Shown: positions 50,418 to 62,789, numbered from the whole stretch's first letter. The stretch is 63,906 bases of DNA, filler included, from Octopus bimaculoides (GCF_001194135.2; 9 parts of 8 records of this genome joined end to end with filler, not necessarily neighbours in it); one strand, 5' to 3'. Numbers and translations: made by a program. Notes: generated by a model not told the origin, from the sequence alone.

Positions 50418-51137
50418 AATTTCAGTCGGTATGACTAACGTATCTACAAGACTCAATATAGTGACGGAATGTTTCCTACATTAAAATGATAAGCGAACTT
50501 CCCTATTGCACATTGTATGTATTGAGTTCTTATTACTCTCGTTTATTAGAAACACACACTGAGATAAATTTTTGAGTGCGCGTGCGTGCTTGGTTTTGAA
50601 TGATTTTATATGTTTCATTGGATAAGGCGTGTGCGGTTATTGTATATATTATCAATGTCACTACCGTATGGACATTTGCGTTAAATACTATAGACTACCT
50701 TAAAAGCCGTTCGGGCTTTTAAGCTAGCTCCTGCGGACTGCTGTTTGGGCTTGCGGCCCAAAACTAAGTGGGGAGAAAACAATAAAGCATTTATTGCTAT
50801 GTTACCATCTCAGATTTATATCACGGAGTACCACGGAGAATTTTGTATCACTGTGATATTTGGGGATCACTGTTAAGCAACAAGATAAACAATATTCTTG
50901 GTTTTGTCATTTGATGTCAATATGAAGAGATTGTTGCCATTTCCAACTCTGGAACAATGAACATAATGCTAACCATGGGAAAATTACTGCTGCATGGGAT
51001 GAAGTCCAACAATTTAAATTTCAGTCGGTATGACTAATGTATCTACAAGACAAGACTCAATATATTGACGGAGTGTTTCCTACATTAAAAATAATAAGTG
51101 AACACACATATTGTATATTGTATGTATTGAGTACTTA
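50418..51137 (+). repeat. Pair of about 115-bp direct repeats 600 bp apart
   Basis: aatttcagtcggtatgactaa.gtatctacaagac...gtttcctacattaaaa...tgtatgtattgagt.ctta at 50418-50532 and 51017-51137. Confidence 0.9.
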
Positions 51138-51165
51138 TATATATATATGTATGTATGTATGTATG

Positions 51166-51227
<62 letters not shown>

Positions 51228-51228
<1 letters not shown>

Positions 51229-51432
51229 TGTGGCTTTGTGTCTGTATTTGTCCCCCACCACGGCTTAATAATTGGCTTTGGCTTTGGTGTGTTTACGTTC
51301 GCTTAACTTAGTGGTTCGGTAAAAGACACCGATGAAAAGTACCAGGTATAAAATGGAAAAACTAGTGTCAATTTGACCGAATAAAATTCTTTAAAGCGGT
51401 GCCCCAGCGTGGAAGCAGTCGGATGACTGAAA
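51228..51432 (+). mobile_element. SINE family A 3' part, diverged
   Basis: tgtatttgtccccc...gtgtgtttacg...aacttagtggttcgg...aaagcggtgccccagcgtgg...gactgaaa. Confidence 0.75.
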
Positions 51433-51629
51433 AATATTATAGAATCATTAAATTCCTTAGGGAGGTAACTCTTGTTCATCTATCTCAGTAATATTATCGC
51501 AGGAAACCTCACGCGGTACCTTTTCCTGCTAGAAATAACAACCCAATTCCTTTTTAAGTCAAATCCAAATGCTGGATGTTCGCGAACAACAAAAGTGCAT
51601 ATGTATGTACGTACGTACGCATGTACGTA

Positions 51630-51665
<36 letters not shown>

Positions 51666-51813
51666 TGTATGTATGTATGTATGTAGGTATATATATATAT
51701 ATATATATATATANNNNNNNNNNNNNNNNNNNNNNNNNNNNNNNNNNNNNNNNNNNNTTAATTAATTAANNNNNNNNNNNNNNNNNNNNNNNNNNNNNNN
51801 NNNNNNNNNNNNN

Positions 51814-54265
51814 TTAGACAAAAGAAACAGGCTTGGAAGGACTGGAAGAACGGTGATAGCAGGGAATTGTATCAGACTTCCAGAAGAGAAGCTAGGAGAC
51901 AGGTTTATTTAGCCAGAGGGGAAGCAGATAAGAAAAAATTTACCAATGTTCTGCGCCGTGAGGACCAAAGACTTGAGGTATTTCGTATTGCAAGACAGTG
52001 TGTGAGAGAGAATCGTGATGTCGTAGGAGAGAAATGTGTCCGCATGGATGATGGTTCACTTGCACTAAATGAGGCTGCAAAGAGAGAGGTTTGGAGACGC
52101 CACTATGAAAGGTTGCTCAATAAAGAGAATGAATGGGAGAAAGAGAGTCTGCCGAATGTCAACCCAACAGAAGGACCAGCTATCCGAATTGACAATACCT
52201 TGGTAGATAAAGCAATTAAGTGTATGAAGACAGAAAAGCCTCTGGCCTACCAGGAATCACTGCAGAGATGCTCAAGATATCTGGCAGTGTTGGCTATAAC
52301 CTAGTCACCCGTATAGTTAAGCAGGTGATACAGGAAGGAGTTATGCCCAATGACTGGTGTAGCAGCACCATAGTCAATTGCTACAAAGGTAAAGGTGATG
52401 CTTTAGATACAAATAATTACAGAGGTATCAAGTTGTTGGATCAGGTAATGAAGGTCACGGAGAGGGTCATAGCCCAACTAATTAGGGAGAGAGTCAGTTT
52501 AGATGAGATGCAGTTTGGGTTCGTGCTATATTTCTGGTAAGACAGCTGCAGGAGAAATACCTAGCCAAAGATAAACATCTGTACCTGGCTTTCGTTGACA
52601 TGAAGAAAGCCTTTGACAGGGTCTCCCGATCTCCTATCTGGTGGTCAATAAGGAAACTAGGGATAGATGAATGGTTAGTGACAGCTGTGCGAGCCATGTA
52701 CAGGGACGCTGTCAGTAAGGTGAGGGTTGGCAACGAGTTCAGTGAAGAATTCCGGGTAGAGGTAGGAGTCCACCAAGGTTCAGTCCTCAGCCCCCTCCTA
52801 TTTATCATAGTCCTCCAGGCTATAACAGAGGAATTCAAGACAGGATGCCCCTGGGAGCTCCTCTATGCTGACGATCTTGCTCTAATTGCTGAGTTACTAT
52901 CAGAACTAGAGGAGAAGTTTCAGGTGTGGAAGCAAGGACTAGAATGGAAGGGCCTTAGAGTCAACCTAGCTAAAACCAAAGTCCTAATAAGTAGGAAGGC
53001 AGACAAACCACAAATCCCTTCAGGTAGATGGCCCTGCTTGATCTGTAGAAATGGCGTAGGTAGAAACTCTATAAGATATACCCAATGTAATTTATGGACA
53101 CATAAGAGGTGCAGCAATATCAAAGGAAGGCTAACTAGGAAGATAGTTTTTGTATGTGGCAGATGCTCAGGAGCAATAAACACTGAAAATGTGCAGAGAA
53201 CAACTTCCGCCACATCCCAGGGAAAAAAACTAGAAGTAGTTGATAGCTTCCGTTACCTAAGTCAGTAGCTAGGAAGGGTGCGCTGAAAGTGTAGCTGCTA
53301 GAATAAGAATAGCCTGGGCAAAGTTCAGAGAGCTCTTACCTCTGCTGGTGACAAAGCGCCTCTCGCTCAGAGTAAAAGGCAGACTGTATGACGCATGTGT
53401 ATGCACAGCCATGCTACATGGCAGTGAAACATGGGCCATGACTTCTGAGGACATGCGTAAACTCGCAAGGAATGAAGCCAGTATGCTCCGTTGAATGTGT
53501 AACATCGACAGAGTGTAAGTACATTGAGAGAAAAGTTGGACCTAAGAAGCATCAGATCTGGTGTGCAAGAGAGACGACTGCGCTGGTATGGTCATTTGGT
53601 GAGAATGGATGAGGATAGCTGTGTGAAAAGTGCCACACCCTAGCGGTTGAGGGAATCTGTGGAAGAGGTAGACCCAGGAAGACCTGGGATGAAGTGCTGA
53701 AGCACGACCTTCAAACATTAGGCCTCATAGAGGCAATGACTAGTGACCGAGACCTTTGGAAATATGCTGTGCGTGAGAAGACCCAGCAAGACAAGTGAGA
53801 CCATAATCCGTGGCCCATGCCAGTGGTGTAACCAATCCACTTATGCGTACCTTTCCTTCATTGGACACTAAACTCTGCTTGTGAAGACTTGTTGAGGCAA
53901 GTGAAATCGAAATCTAAATCGAAATCAAATTCGATGACTGGCATCCGTGCTAGTGGAGTGCTAAGAGCACCATCCGAGTGTGATCGTTGCCAGAGTAGCT
54001 AATTGGCTTCCGTGCCGATGGCACGTAAAATGCACCATTTGAGCGTGGCCGTTGCCAGTACCCCCTGACTGGCCCTCGTGCCGGTGGCACGTAAAAGCAC
54101 CTACTATACTCTCGGAATGGTTGGCGTTAGGAAGGGCATCCAGCTGTAGAAACTCTGCCAGATCAGGTTGGAGCCTGGTGCAGCCATCTGGTTCGCCTGT
54201 CCTTAGTCAAATTGTCCAACCCATGCCAGCATAGAAAGCTGACGTTAAACGATGATGATGAAGAT
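51814..54265 (+). mobile_element. RTE-clade LINE: RT ORF (frameshifted), 3'UTR and (GAT)n tail; 5' end lost in a gap
   Basis: YKGKGD...NYRGIKLL...QFGFV; AFVDMKKAFDRV; GVHQGSVLSPLLF; LLYADD (52864-52875); RLRWYGH; GRPRKTW; stop at about 53798. Confidence 0.96.
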
Positions 54266-54654
54266 GGTCTAAATTCTGTACGACTTTATTATTCTTTGAT
54301 TCTTTCCTTCTTTCTATCAGTCCCTTCACACTTACTGCGTTCTTTCCTCTCTTCTTTATTTCGTTCCTCCTCTCACATTTCCTGGCTTTCACTTCATTCT
54401 CACCTTCCCTCCTCTTTCACTTCATTCTGTCCCTCTTCTTTTTTCTCGTCTCTCCCTAATTCTTTTATCCCTTTGCCTCTACCTCTCTCTCTTCTCTCTC
54501 CACGTGACCGGTGTTTGGCCAAGCCTGAACTTTCTTTCTTGGTTCAACTACCATCTGTGCAACATCTATATTCCTCTCTATGTCTGTCATATCTTATGTC
54601 CCTGCCGTAAGGCTTCACTTCCACATACGCCAGCTTAATTTAATTTGTCCTTGG

Positions 54655-54946
54655 TCGAAAGACACCTGTTGTCAATGATTTTTATTTGCATTTGTATTTG
54701 TGTACCATTTCTACGTTTCTTTTTCGTCCTTGTTTTCGTATACATTCACTGCTTTCTTCCAAGGAATCTAGTACTCTTAACTTAGTTTTTCCTTTGGGCT
54801 GTCCAGATTGGAGCAATCTCGAGTATAACCAACCGAAATTGCAAAGATAATCTGGAACTCGACTGAAGAAAGAAAACTCCGAATAACCTGTCCTTGTTTT
54901 TTGTATCGTCTGTCTGGATGTTTTGTTGTCCCTTTTTTGTATCATC
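54655..54946 (+). mobile_element. Interspersed repeat related to 34878-35130; possible PLE terminal-repeat family with decayed HHR-like motif
   Basis: gacacctgttgt...tttgtattt...cgctttcttccaa shared with 34878-34990; ctgaaga...actcc-gaataac at about 54862. Confidence 0.5.
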
Positions 54947-55046
54947 NNNNNNNNNNNNNNNNNNNNNNNNNNNNNNNNNNNNNNNNNNNNNNNNNNNNNN
55001 NNNNNNNNNNNNNNNNNNNNNNNNNNNNNNNNNNNNNNNNNNNNNN

Positions 55047-57835
55047 CAACAACATCGAAAAATACCTTAGGAATGAGAACCCAGGTTCCCCAAGACTCTT
55101 GAAGGCTGGAGGGTATATCAGCCGAAACGTTGGTGTTAACAACAAACAAGATGAGGACAAATATCCGTCAATTGTAAATAATGTACATAATTCCCCATCT
55201 CTTAAATATAGAACTGTGTTATCTAATCGGTACGGAGCCGACATTAGACTTCAATGGAGACATATAGAGAAACGCCATCAAAAACTAGCTCGTCTTTCAA
55301 ACCATCTAATTTTCTGTGTAGATGTAGAGACTCAAAGTTAATACCACCTGACTTGAATATAACGACACCAATAGATTCATATAAAGCTAGAAGAGTAGCG
55401 GAAAGGGCAGGACCCGCCCTCGTCCGTGAGAGGATTCATTACAACCGTTGGGGAAAACATCAACTAAATAACGAAATCAAAGAGAGGTTATCTTCATTAT
55501 TTAGGAAAATAACCAGTGATGATGATAGAAAGAGAATCCAACAAGATGTAGAAAAGTCGTACATGAAAGAATTTGAAATGGTGAAGACATGCCAGATTAA
55601 GTTTATGAAGCTCAAAGGTCAGAGAATGAAGACTGAAGTCCGTCACCCACCTGTGAAAGCAGTAATTAATGTAAGTAGCCGACATCTAAAAAGCTCTGAA
55701 GAAGCAGTACTAAACAAAGGTCTCAACTTTGCGACAACCATCAAGTGTATTCCATACTTGGACATAATAGCCCCTATTGAAGAGATAACCATAAAGATAC
55801 CAAAAGCTCAGGGAGATGAACTCAGGGGGAAAGTGAGACAGGTACTAGAAAAAGCGAAACTGCTGAAACCAAACATCACTAAGGAAGAAACGTTCGCTAT
55901 CAAAAGACTACTGAATGACAATTCCATCATAATACATCCAGCAGACAAGGGAAATGCTACAGTGGTGATGAACAAGTCTGACTACTCGGAAAAACTGGCA
56001 AGTCTTATAAGTGATGGTAGCTACAGCAAAGTAAAGAAAGACCCTACTTTGAAAACAGAGAGGAAGTTGTCACAGATCTTGATCAAGAACAAAGATCAAT
56101 TTAAACCAATGAAGCACAGACAACTGACTTAACACTACAGTAAACTACCACACATGTACGGTCTTCCTAAGATTCACAAGGATGGTATTCCATTAAGACC
56201 TATAGTGAGCTGTAGAGGTTCAGCATGTCATCCACTGAGCCGCTTCCTTGTGTATATAATCAGTCCATTAGCAGAAAAGTCAACATCGTACGTGAAGAAT
56301 ACTCCCTTTGAATCCAAACAAATGGTGAGTCTAGATGTGATAAGTCTGTTCACCAAAGTCCTAACTGGTGAAGCACTATCGGTGATTCAGGAAAAACTAG
56401 TGACAGACACCCATCTAAAAGAACGCACTAGTATACCAATAAGAAACTTGATAGAATTGTTGACCTTCTGTGTAGAAACTACCTACTTCAGTATGGACAC
56501 AGATATATATCGACAAGAAGAGGGTTTAGCTATGAGTTCGCCATTATCACCGATAATAGCCAATATATACATGGAATACTTTGAGAATTTTGCTTTAGGA
56601 TCAACACCACACCACTAAAACCAACCCTATGGCTGCGATATGTTGATGACACCTTCATACTTTGGCCCCGCCAGGAAGATGTCCAAGTGCTGTTAGATCA
56701 TGTGAACTCAATAAAGCCAACCATACAGTTCACAATAGAAAAAGAAAAAAACAATCAGCTAGCATTCCTGGACGTATTAATAACACGCACCAAGTATGGA
56801 TTCATAACATCCGTATACTGCAAGCCGACCTTCACTGGACGATACCTCAACTTCAACTCCCACCATCCATACATTGTAAAGAGAGGGATTGCTCAGTGCC
56901 TAAAACATCGAGCAATGAATATAAGTAGCGATCGTGATACACACCACGAAGAAGTGATCAAGCTCAGTAACAATCTATTAAGCAACAACTACCCCAAAAG
57001 CATGCTCTCCACTCCAATTATGAAGAAAAGAGAGGATGAAAGCGATAAACTGTCCGCAGTCTGTCTACCCTATCTGAAAGGCGTCTCCGAAAAGATACAA
57101 AAGATATGCGGCCCATATGACATCAGGACAGTATTCAAAAGTAATACAACACTTCGCAAATATCTCCTTCGCGTAAAACCACCAATGGAAGAGAATATGA
57201 CTAAGAACTGCGTGTACTCCATCCCAGGCAGCTGTGGTAGGTTATACAAAGGCAAAACATGCCGTCCCCTCAAAATAAGGGTAGAGGAAAATCGCAAAGC
57301 TGTGATACGGGGAGATATTGATAAATCGGGTATAGCTGATCATGTATGGAAAAATGGAGACCACCTCCCCCTGTGGGATGAAGTTAAAATAATAGGCAGA
57401 GAACACCACTGGAAAATACGAAAACTAAAAGAAGCAGCACATATACTAAGCACACCGAGTGCAAATAGGAATAGCATATGGGAACTGGTATTAAGGAAGG
57501 ATAGGAGAATATTAGATTTATAAGCCCTAAAATTCAATTCATAATTGCCCACGGTGTAGTGGTTAAGAGCGCGGGCCACTAATCCCAAAATTCCGAGTTC
57601 GATTCTAGGCAGTGACCTGAATATTAATATTAATAATAATAATAACAATAACAACAACAACAACATCGAAAAATACCTTAGGAATGAAAAGTCAGGTTTA
57701 AAATTTCCACAAGACACCTGATGAAGGCTGGAGGGTATATCATCAGCCGAAACATGTTAACAACAAACAAGATGAGGACAAATATCCGTCAATTGTAAAT
57801 AATGTACATAATTCCTCATCTCTTAAATATAGAAC
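55047..57835 (+). mobile_element. Penelope/Poseidon-type element, near complete, with direct terminal repeats (55047-55214 and about 57655-57835); ORF broken by stops and frameshifts
   Basis: HPADKGNATVVM; YGLPKIHK...PLRPIVS; SLDVISLFT; GLAMSSPLSP; WLRYVDD (YVDD at 56639-56650); FLDVLI; YCKPTFTGRYLNFNSHHP; KNCVYSIP..CGRLYKGKT (GIY-YIG, degenerate); each repeat carries a damaged HHR. Confidence 0.96.
57547..57615 (+). promoter_or_regulatory. tRNA-like Pol III head (A and B boxes) directly upstream of the 3' terminal repeat
   Basis: gcccacGGTGTAGTGGttaagagcgcggg...ccGAGTTCGATTCtaggcagtg, then (AAT)/(AAC)n. Confidence 0.75.
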
Positions 57836-58045
57836 CCTATATCCATCCCCTGTAATAACTACAAATTGTCAGAAATTTTTCTTCCGTGATTTTTACTGTT
57901 AAAGTGTTTTGTATTTCTTAAAACACTGAATTTTGTTGGAATTGTTTTATTTGTTTTAAAAAACTGTTCCTGCTGCTTGGAGGGTTTGTTGTTTATTCCA
58001 CCTTGCTTGAGGGGGAATTATTAATGTTTTCTGATGTTTTAACCC

Positions 58046-59827
58046 CCCCCCCCCCNNNNNNNNNNCTCTAAAAAAATGATAACGGATGATAATTCCAGTG
58101 TGGAGGAAGAAATTGCGTCTCCCAGTAAAGACAAAATGTTAAGCTCTGTGAAAAAGCAGAAAAAAGTTGTGTCTCCCGTTAAGGAGGGTGAAAAAATGGC
58201 AAAATCTATGAAAAAGCAAAAAAATATGTCTCATATTAAGGATGATGTGAAAAATCTGTCAAGCTCAGTTAAGGAACCAAAAACCAAAGAAAGTTTTATC
58301 TCCCGATAAGTAGACTGTGAAACCAAATTTTGCTGCGGCCGCTGGAGTGGCCAGGAAAGAAGTCAAAATAAACACCAAAGAAATGGAGAAATTCAAACAA
58401 ATGATAAAACGGGAGTGGCAGGAATTAAAAATCTTCCCTTCCAGCGAAATCTTGGAAAAAGCTGAAAGAAGCACTGTGGTTTATAAAACGGTTGTGCTAA
58501 AAAGCAGAAAATTGGAAACAGCTAACAAAGTTGGAGAAGTATCTTCGGCATATTTGGCAAGGCTTCGTGTTTTTCGCAAGGGGAAAAAGGTTCGTTACGA
58601 TTGAAGTGGGAATTAGTTCAGAAGAAAATGCCAGACAGCACTCCACAGAGACACTAAAAACGTCTGAGATGATACTCCTACCAACTTACCTGGGAAGGCG
58701 TACCTCCAAGATAAGGTTGGGAGAGATTCCTCTTGAAGTGAACGCTGGCCGGCTGGAAGCAGCAATAACGATGGACTTGGAGGAAAAAATCACTATCCTC
58801 CAAGCGACGGTATTCAAACAACAGAATTGGCAGGAGCAGGGACTAGAAATGGTAGCCCAAGTGACCCCTGCAGACCTTGAAGAAATCGTGGATGCAATGC
58901 AGGTGGGAGAGAGTAAGCTGCGGGTGAATGTCAAGGCGAACAATCCACGTTGCTACAATCGTGGCCAAAAAGTTCATATCAGGGATGAGTGTACTCTTCC
59001 CCCCGAGAAAGCAGCGATACCTAAACCAGCAACGAGAAACAAAAAGTCTGTCAAAAACTAGCGAAAACAATAACAGCAACGCCAATGATGTCGGAGGAAT
59101 TAATACCACCAGGATCAGGGGCGGCACCAGAAGCAGGATCACCACGAACAACAGTAACGTCAGGAACATTAACACTATCAACAACACCAGCAACACCAAC
59201 AACACAAACTCCAAAGCCATTCCGGGCGGAGGAGGAGGAAGACATGAATAATTGGACTGTAGTAACCGGGAAAAGAAAGAATCTGCGTCCCAGTACACCA
59301 AAACTCCGCTCCCCAGTACACCAAAAAGAAAACCCTAGACCCCGCCCCATGTTCCGCCCTGACACAAACTTAATGCGGATAAATGCCGGTAATAAGACAT
59401 TATTATAGAAAATAAAAAAGATATCTACAGCAATACAATATCCTATGCACATCCCCAAATAAATTTCCATTTTTCAAATAGACAGTTCTAATTATTTGAA
59501 CTTAAAAACAGAATTCCATGATGACGGAGGCCCTCCGAGGAAAGACTTTTCTCCTCCGTTTTATGAGGGCCTCGTCATAGAGACCTCACGAGCCCCAAAT
59601 GAAATAGAATGAGATGGGCTATCACCAATCTCCAGCAGAGGTAAATAATTTTTCTTCATGTTTACACTCAACGTAGGGTGTTTAAATGTTCGTGGCCTGG
59701 GGTCGAATTGGATAGAAGGGCGTTTCCTCAATGACTTCGGATCTCATTGATTGGATGTGATAGTAGTTACAGAAACCTGGCTGAATAGACCGAGAGGCTT
59801 TTCTCCCCTCCTAAACGGCTACGAGAA
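58046..59827 (+). mobile_element. L1/Tx1-clade LINE 5' part: gag-like ORF1 (broken) and start of the ORF2 AP endonuclease
   Basis: Degenerate CCHC knuckle CYNRGQKVHIRDEC (58951-58992); from ATG 59658 MFTLNVGCLNVRGLG...DVIVVTETWLN. Confidence 0.82.
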
Positions 59828-60045
59828 NNNNNNNNNNNNNNNNNNNNNNNNNNNNNNNNNNNNNNNNNNNNTTAATTAATTAANNNNNNNNNNNNNNNNN
59901 NNNNNNNNNNNNNNNNNNNNNNNNNNNTAGTAAGCGTTCATAGAGCTATAAAAGTACATTGAAATACAAAAGCCACAATTTAATCTTCCATCTTGATGGA
60001 GGTTGTTGTAAAAATAGCGAAAATTTTCTTCAACCTCGTATAAAA

Positions 60046-60262
60046 GGTGGTGAGCTGGCAGAAACGTAAAGCACGCCGGGCGAAATACTTAGCGGTATTT
60101 CGTCTGTCTTTACGTTCTGAGTCGAAATTCCGCCGAGGTCGACTTTGCCTTTCATCCTTTCGGGGTCGATAAATTAAGTACCGGTTGCGCACTGATGTCG
60201 ATCTAATCGACTGGCCCTCTCTCCCAAAATTTCGAGCCTGGTGCCTAGAGTAGAAAAGATTA
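60046..60262 (+). mobile_element. SINE family B, well preserved
   Basis: ggtggtgagctggcagaaacgtaaagcacgccgggcgaaat...gaggtcgactttgcctttcatcctttcggggtcgataaattaagtacc. Confidence 0.93.
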
Positions 60263-61881
60263 TTGGTCACAAATGCCAACAAATATTTAACAAGAATATT
60301 CTGAATGTTTGCTACAGCTGTACCATCATGATTAAGCATTTGGGTTCTGGCATTTACAGAAGTGTCTATATCAGCAGACTTCTGTTAATTAACTAGTTCC
60401 AATGTAATTTTGCTAACAATTAGCTTATTCCTCCTTGACAGTAAATGACTCGGCAAGAGGTTGATGAACCATAATAAGGAGAAATTTGCAGTGACAGAAG
60501 TTATACAGACTTAATAAATTGTAACCGTCAAATGCAGATATACCCAACACATTTTCCGTCACTTGTTCGGAGAAATGTAATACCATTTTTCTCACATAGT
60601 ATGTATGGATGCTCAAAGATTATTGTACTACAAACATTCTTATTTTGGCGATTCTGGAGCGTATTATTAATGTCAAAAAATTCTGCATTCTTATTTCACT
60701 TGTCATCCTAATGAATTGAAGGACTTAGTTAATTTTGAAATGTCGACACCAGAACAAATTCAACCTTAGATACTTTATCCTATAATACACTAAAGCTATA
60801 GGCGGCTGAATGCACTGCAATTTAATGTGGAATTTCAATGAAATTCTTCAGTCTTTTCAAAGACCCTCAAACTTCTATTATCTATGGATATTTAGTGTTC
60901 TGCTTCCTTGGCCACACAGATGTCAAAGACTTGAAGAACTCGCATCTGTGTGTCGCACCTTGTGCGCACTTCTTTGTTATATCTTTTTATTTAATACCCG
61001 ATTAATTGTTTCCTTTCAATGAAACGTCGTACAGCTCTACAGCCGACTTTTCTGTTTCCTTTCTTCTTCCTTCGTTTTCTCCCTTTTCTTCTTTACATTT
61101 TTTCTAATCCTACAATGTGTGAACCCATATTACCTTACCGTATTCGTTTCCGAAAGCTTTCCCCTTCCAGTTACAATTAACACGTGTCCTGGTATTGCAT
61201 CTGTAAATGTATACAGCACTATATATAGGAGATGCATTCCAGAAGTTTCGAAACAACTATAACTGTTCTAGATTCTTGTAATTTTAGTACATTATTACAG
61301 TATATCTAATAAGCTGACCTGCCAACTTTTGTTATTGAAGGAAACGGCTGTACAGCACTTTCAACACATCCTACTAAATACTGCTTCTGTACATACATAT
61401 CTATGTGTGTGTGTGTCTAAATATATACATACATATATTATATATATGTTGGTTTATATATACATGTATATATATATATATATATATNNNNNNNNNNNNN
61501 NNNNNNNNNNNNNNNNNNNNNNNNNNNNNNNNNNNNNNNNNNNNNNNNNNNNNNNNNNNNNNNNNNNNNNNNNNNNNNNNNNNNNNNNNNNNNNNNNNNN
61601 NNNNNNNNNNNNNNNNNNNNNNNNNNNNNNNNNNNNNNNNNNNNNNNNNNNNNNNNNNNNNNNNNNNNNNNNNNNNNNNNNNNNNNNNNNNNNNNNNNNN
61701 NNNNNNNNNNNNNNNNNNNNNNNNNNNNNNNNNNNNNNNNNNNNNNNNNNNNNNNNNNNNNNNNNNNNNNNNNNNNNNNNNNNNNNNNNNNNNNNNNNNN
61801 NNNNNNNNNNNNNNNNNNNNNNNNNNNNNNNNNNNNNNNNNNNNNNNNNNNNNNNNNNNNNNNNNNNNNNNNNNNNNNNNN

Positions 61882-62262
<381 letters not shown>

Positions 62263-62789
62263 ATACCCTCTGCTATTGCATATCTTCTATCTCCCGTTCC
62301 TGAAGTCAGCCACGTGTAATACGACTCTAATAATGAAATAGACGAGGCGATATCACATAGTTATCAATCAAAAGAGACACTGGTTGGATAAGTGAACATA
62401 GGGATATCAAGATATCACCTACAGAAAGGGATAGGTTGTGGTATGTGTGTGGGGGAGGTGCACACTCGAGAGTGGGTGTGTAGGCCTGCATGTATATAGG
62501 TGTATATGTGTGTGCGTGTGCATGTGCGTGCGTGTATGTATATCTATCTATTTCTTTGTATCAATACATCTCTTTATAACCATAAATGTTAGTAACATCC
62601 TGATAAAAGATTTCATAACTTTTTTTTAAAATCTTCTTTATACTTAAAAGCTATTAAGTAATTTTCACAAAGGCTTTCAATATATATNNNNNNNNNNNNN
62701 NNNNNNNNNNNNNNNNNNNNNNNNNNNNNNNTTAATTAATTAANNNNNNNNNNNNNNNNNNNNNNNNNNNNNNNNNNNNNNNNNNNNGT

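Noticed and set aside
57547-57615. Functional tRNA gene (also SINE heads at 13907, 30023, 37992)
   Set aside because: A and B boxes are present but acceptor and anticodon stems do not pair well by eye; these are tRNA-derived heads
62267-62326. 60-nt minus-strand AG/GT segment (SYYTWLTSGTGDRRYAIAE)
   Set aside because: Weak donor (GG|GTATTA) running into a microsatellite; consistent with chance
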